Assembly: GCA_030141605.1 (NCBI GenBank) | Contig: JAQGDQ010000271.1 | Coordinates: 247,350 to 311,349 of the forward strand | Direction of reading: 5' to 3' | DNA: 64,000 nucleotides | From: Tubiluchus corallicola | Lineage: Eukaryota > Animalia > Priapulida | In this document: positions 63,801 to 64,000 of the stretch, piece by piece | How the letters are laid out: each line of letters opens with the position of its first letter | Position numbering within the stretch: position 1 is the stretch's first letter | Made by a program: the position numbers and the translations under genes | The notes under the pieces: generated by a model | Databases searched by the model: none | The model's input: only the letters and a program-made list of their open reading frames with translations | Told to the model about the DNA's origin: nothing

Positions 63801-64000
63801 ATACTCTACACCACACGTAATAAGGTAAACTTCTTACAATACTGCACACCTCGCGTAATAAGGTAAACGTTCTTACAATATTGTACACCACGCATAATAA
63901 GGTAAACTTTCTTACAATACTGCACACCACACGTAATAAGGTAAACGTTCTTACAATACTGCACACCACACGTAATAAGGTAAACGTTCTTACAATACTG
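57847..64000. repeat. 39-bp satellite (CTTACAATACTGTACACCACACGTAATAAGGTAAACGTT), more than 130 copies, running off the window end, interrupted at 58536-59479
   Basis: 39-nt period; 13-aa repeat ORFs. Confidence 0.98.
58536..59479 (-). mobile_element. Internally deleted PIF/Harbinger DNA transposon inserted in the satellite
   Basis: TIR GGCTGCCAGGCCATAGAAACTCA, TAA TSD, subterminal GCATGAA/CACGCT repeats, and a frameshifted transposase N-terminus (MESSDEED...; GEFQRTFQHL..DEELFHYTRMS..TYSTL..LV....NWRRPIEAEQNLIITLR). Confidence 0.92.

Noticed and set aside
57798-63866. Long hydrophobic or Cys-rich repeat ORFs on both strands
   Set aside because: Translations of the 39-bp satellite within an intron.

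Overview
This is AT-rich animal (invertebrate) genomic DNA with spliceosomal GT-AG introns; it is not prokaryotic and has no CRISPR array. All gene models below were assembled by hand from splice sites and intron phase. (1) The 3' exons of an unidentified + strand gene (527-797, 1398-2248). (2) Two tandem-duplicated, 2-exon, minus-strand genes (7857-9746, 11017-12856) for small leucine-rich-repeat proteins with predicted signal peptide, LRRCT and GPI-type tail; their LRR exon is much more diverged than their intron and LRRCT exon. (3) A 6-exon PP2C-like (CG9801-type) phosphatase gene on + (14701-30519), with a tandemly amplified splice donor and a triplicated splice acceptor. (4) 14 exons of an INPP4A/B-type inositol polyphosphate 4-phosphatase on - (39762 to >56546; catalytic CKSAKDRT). 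The rest is repeats: four 5S rRNA-headed SINEs, two tRNA-headed Meta-type SINEs, a bipartite RTE element, a solo LTR, hAT, Tc1/pogo and foldback MITEs, an internally deleted PIF/Harbinger transposon inside a 39-bp satellite, and about 15 mini/microsatellites, many next to exon boundaries. Most long ORFs in the supplied track are artefacts of these tandem repeats.
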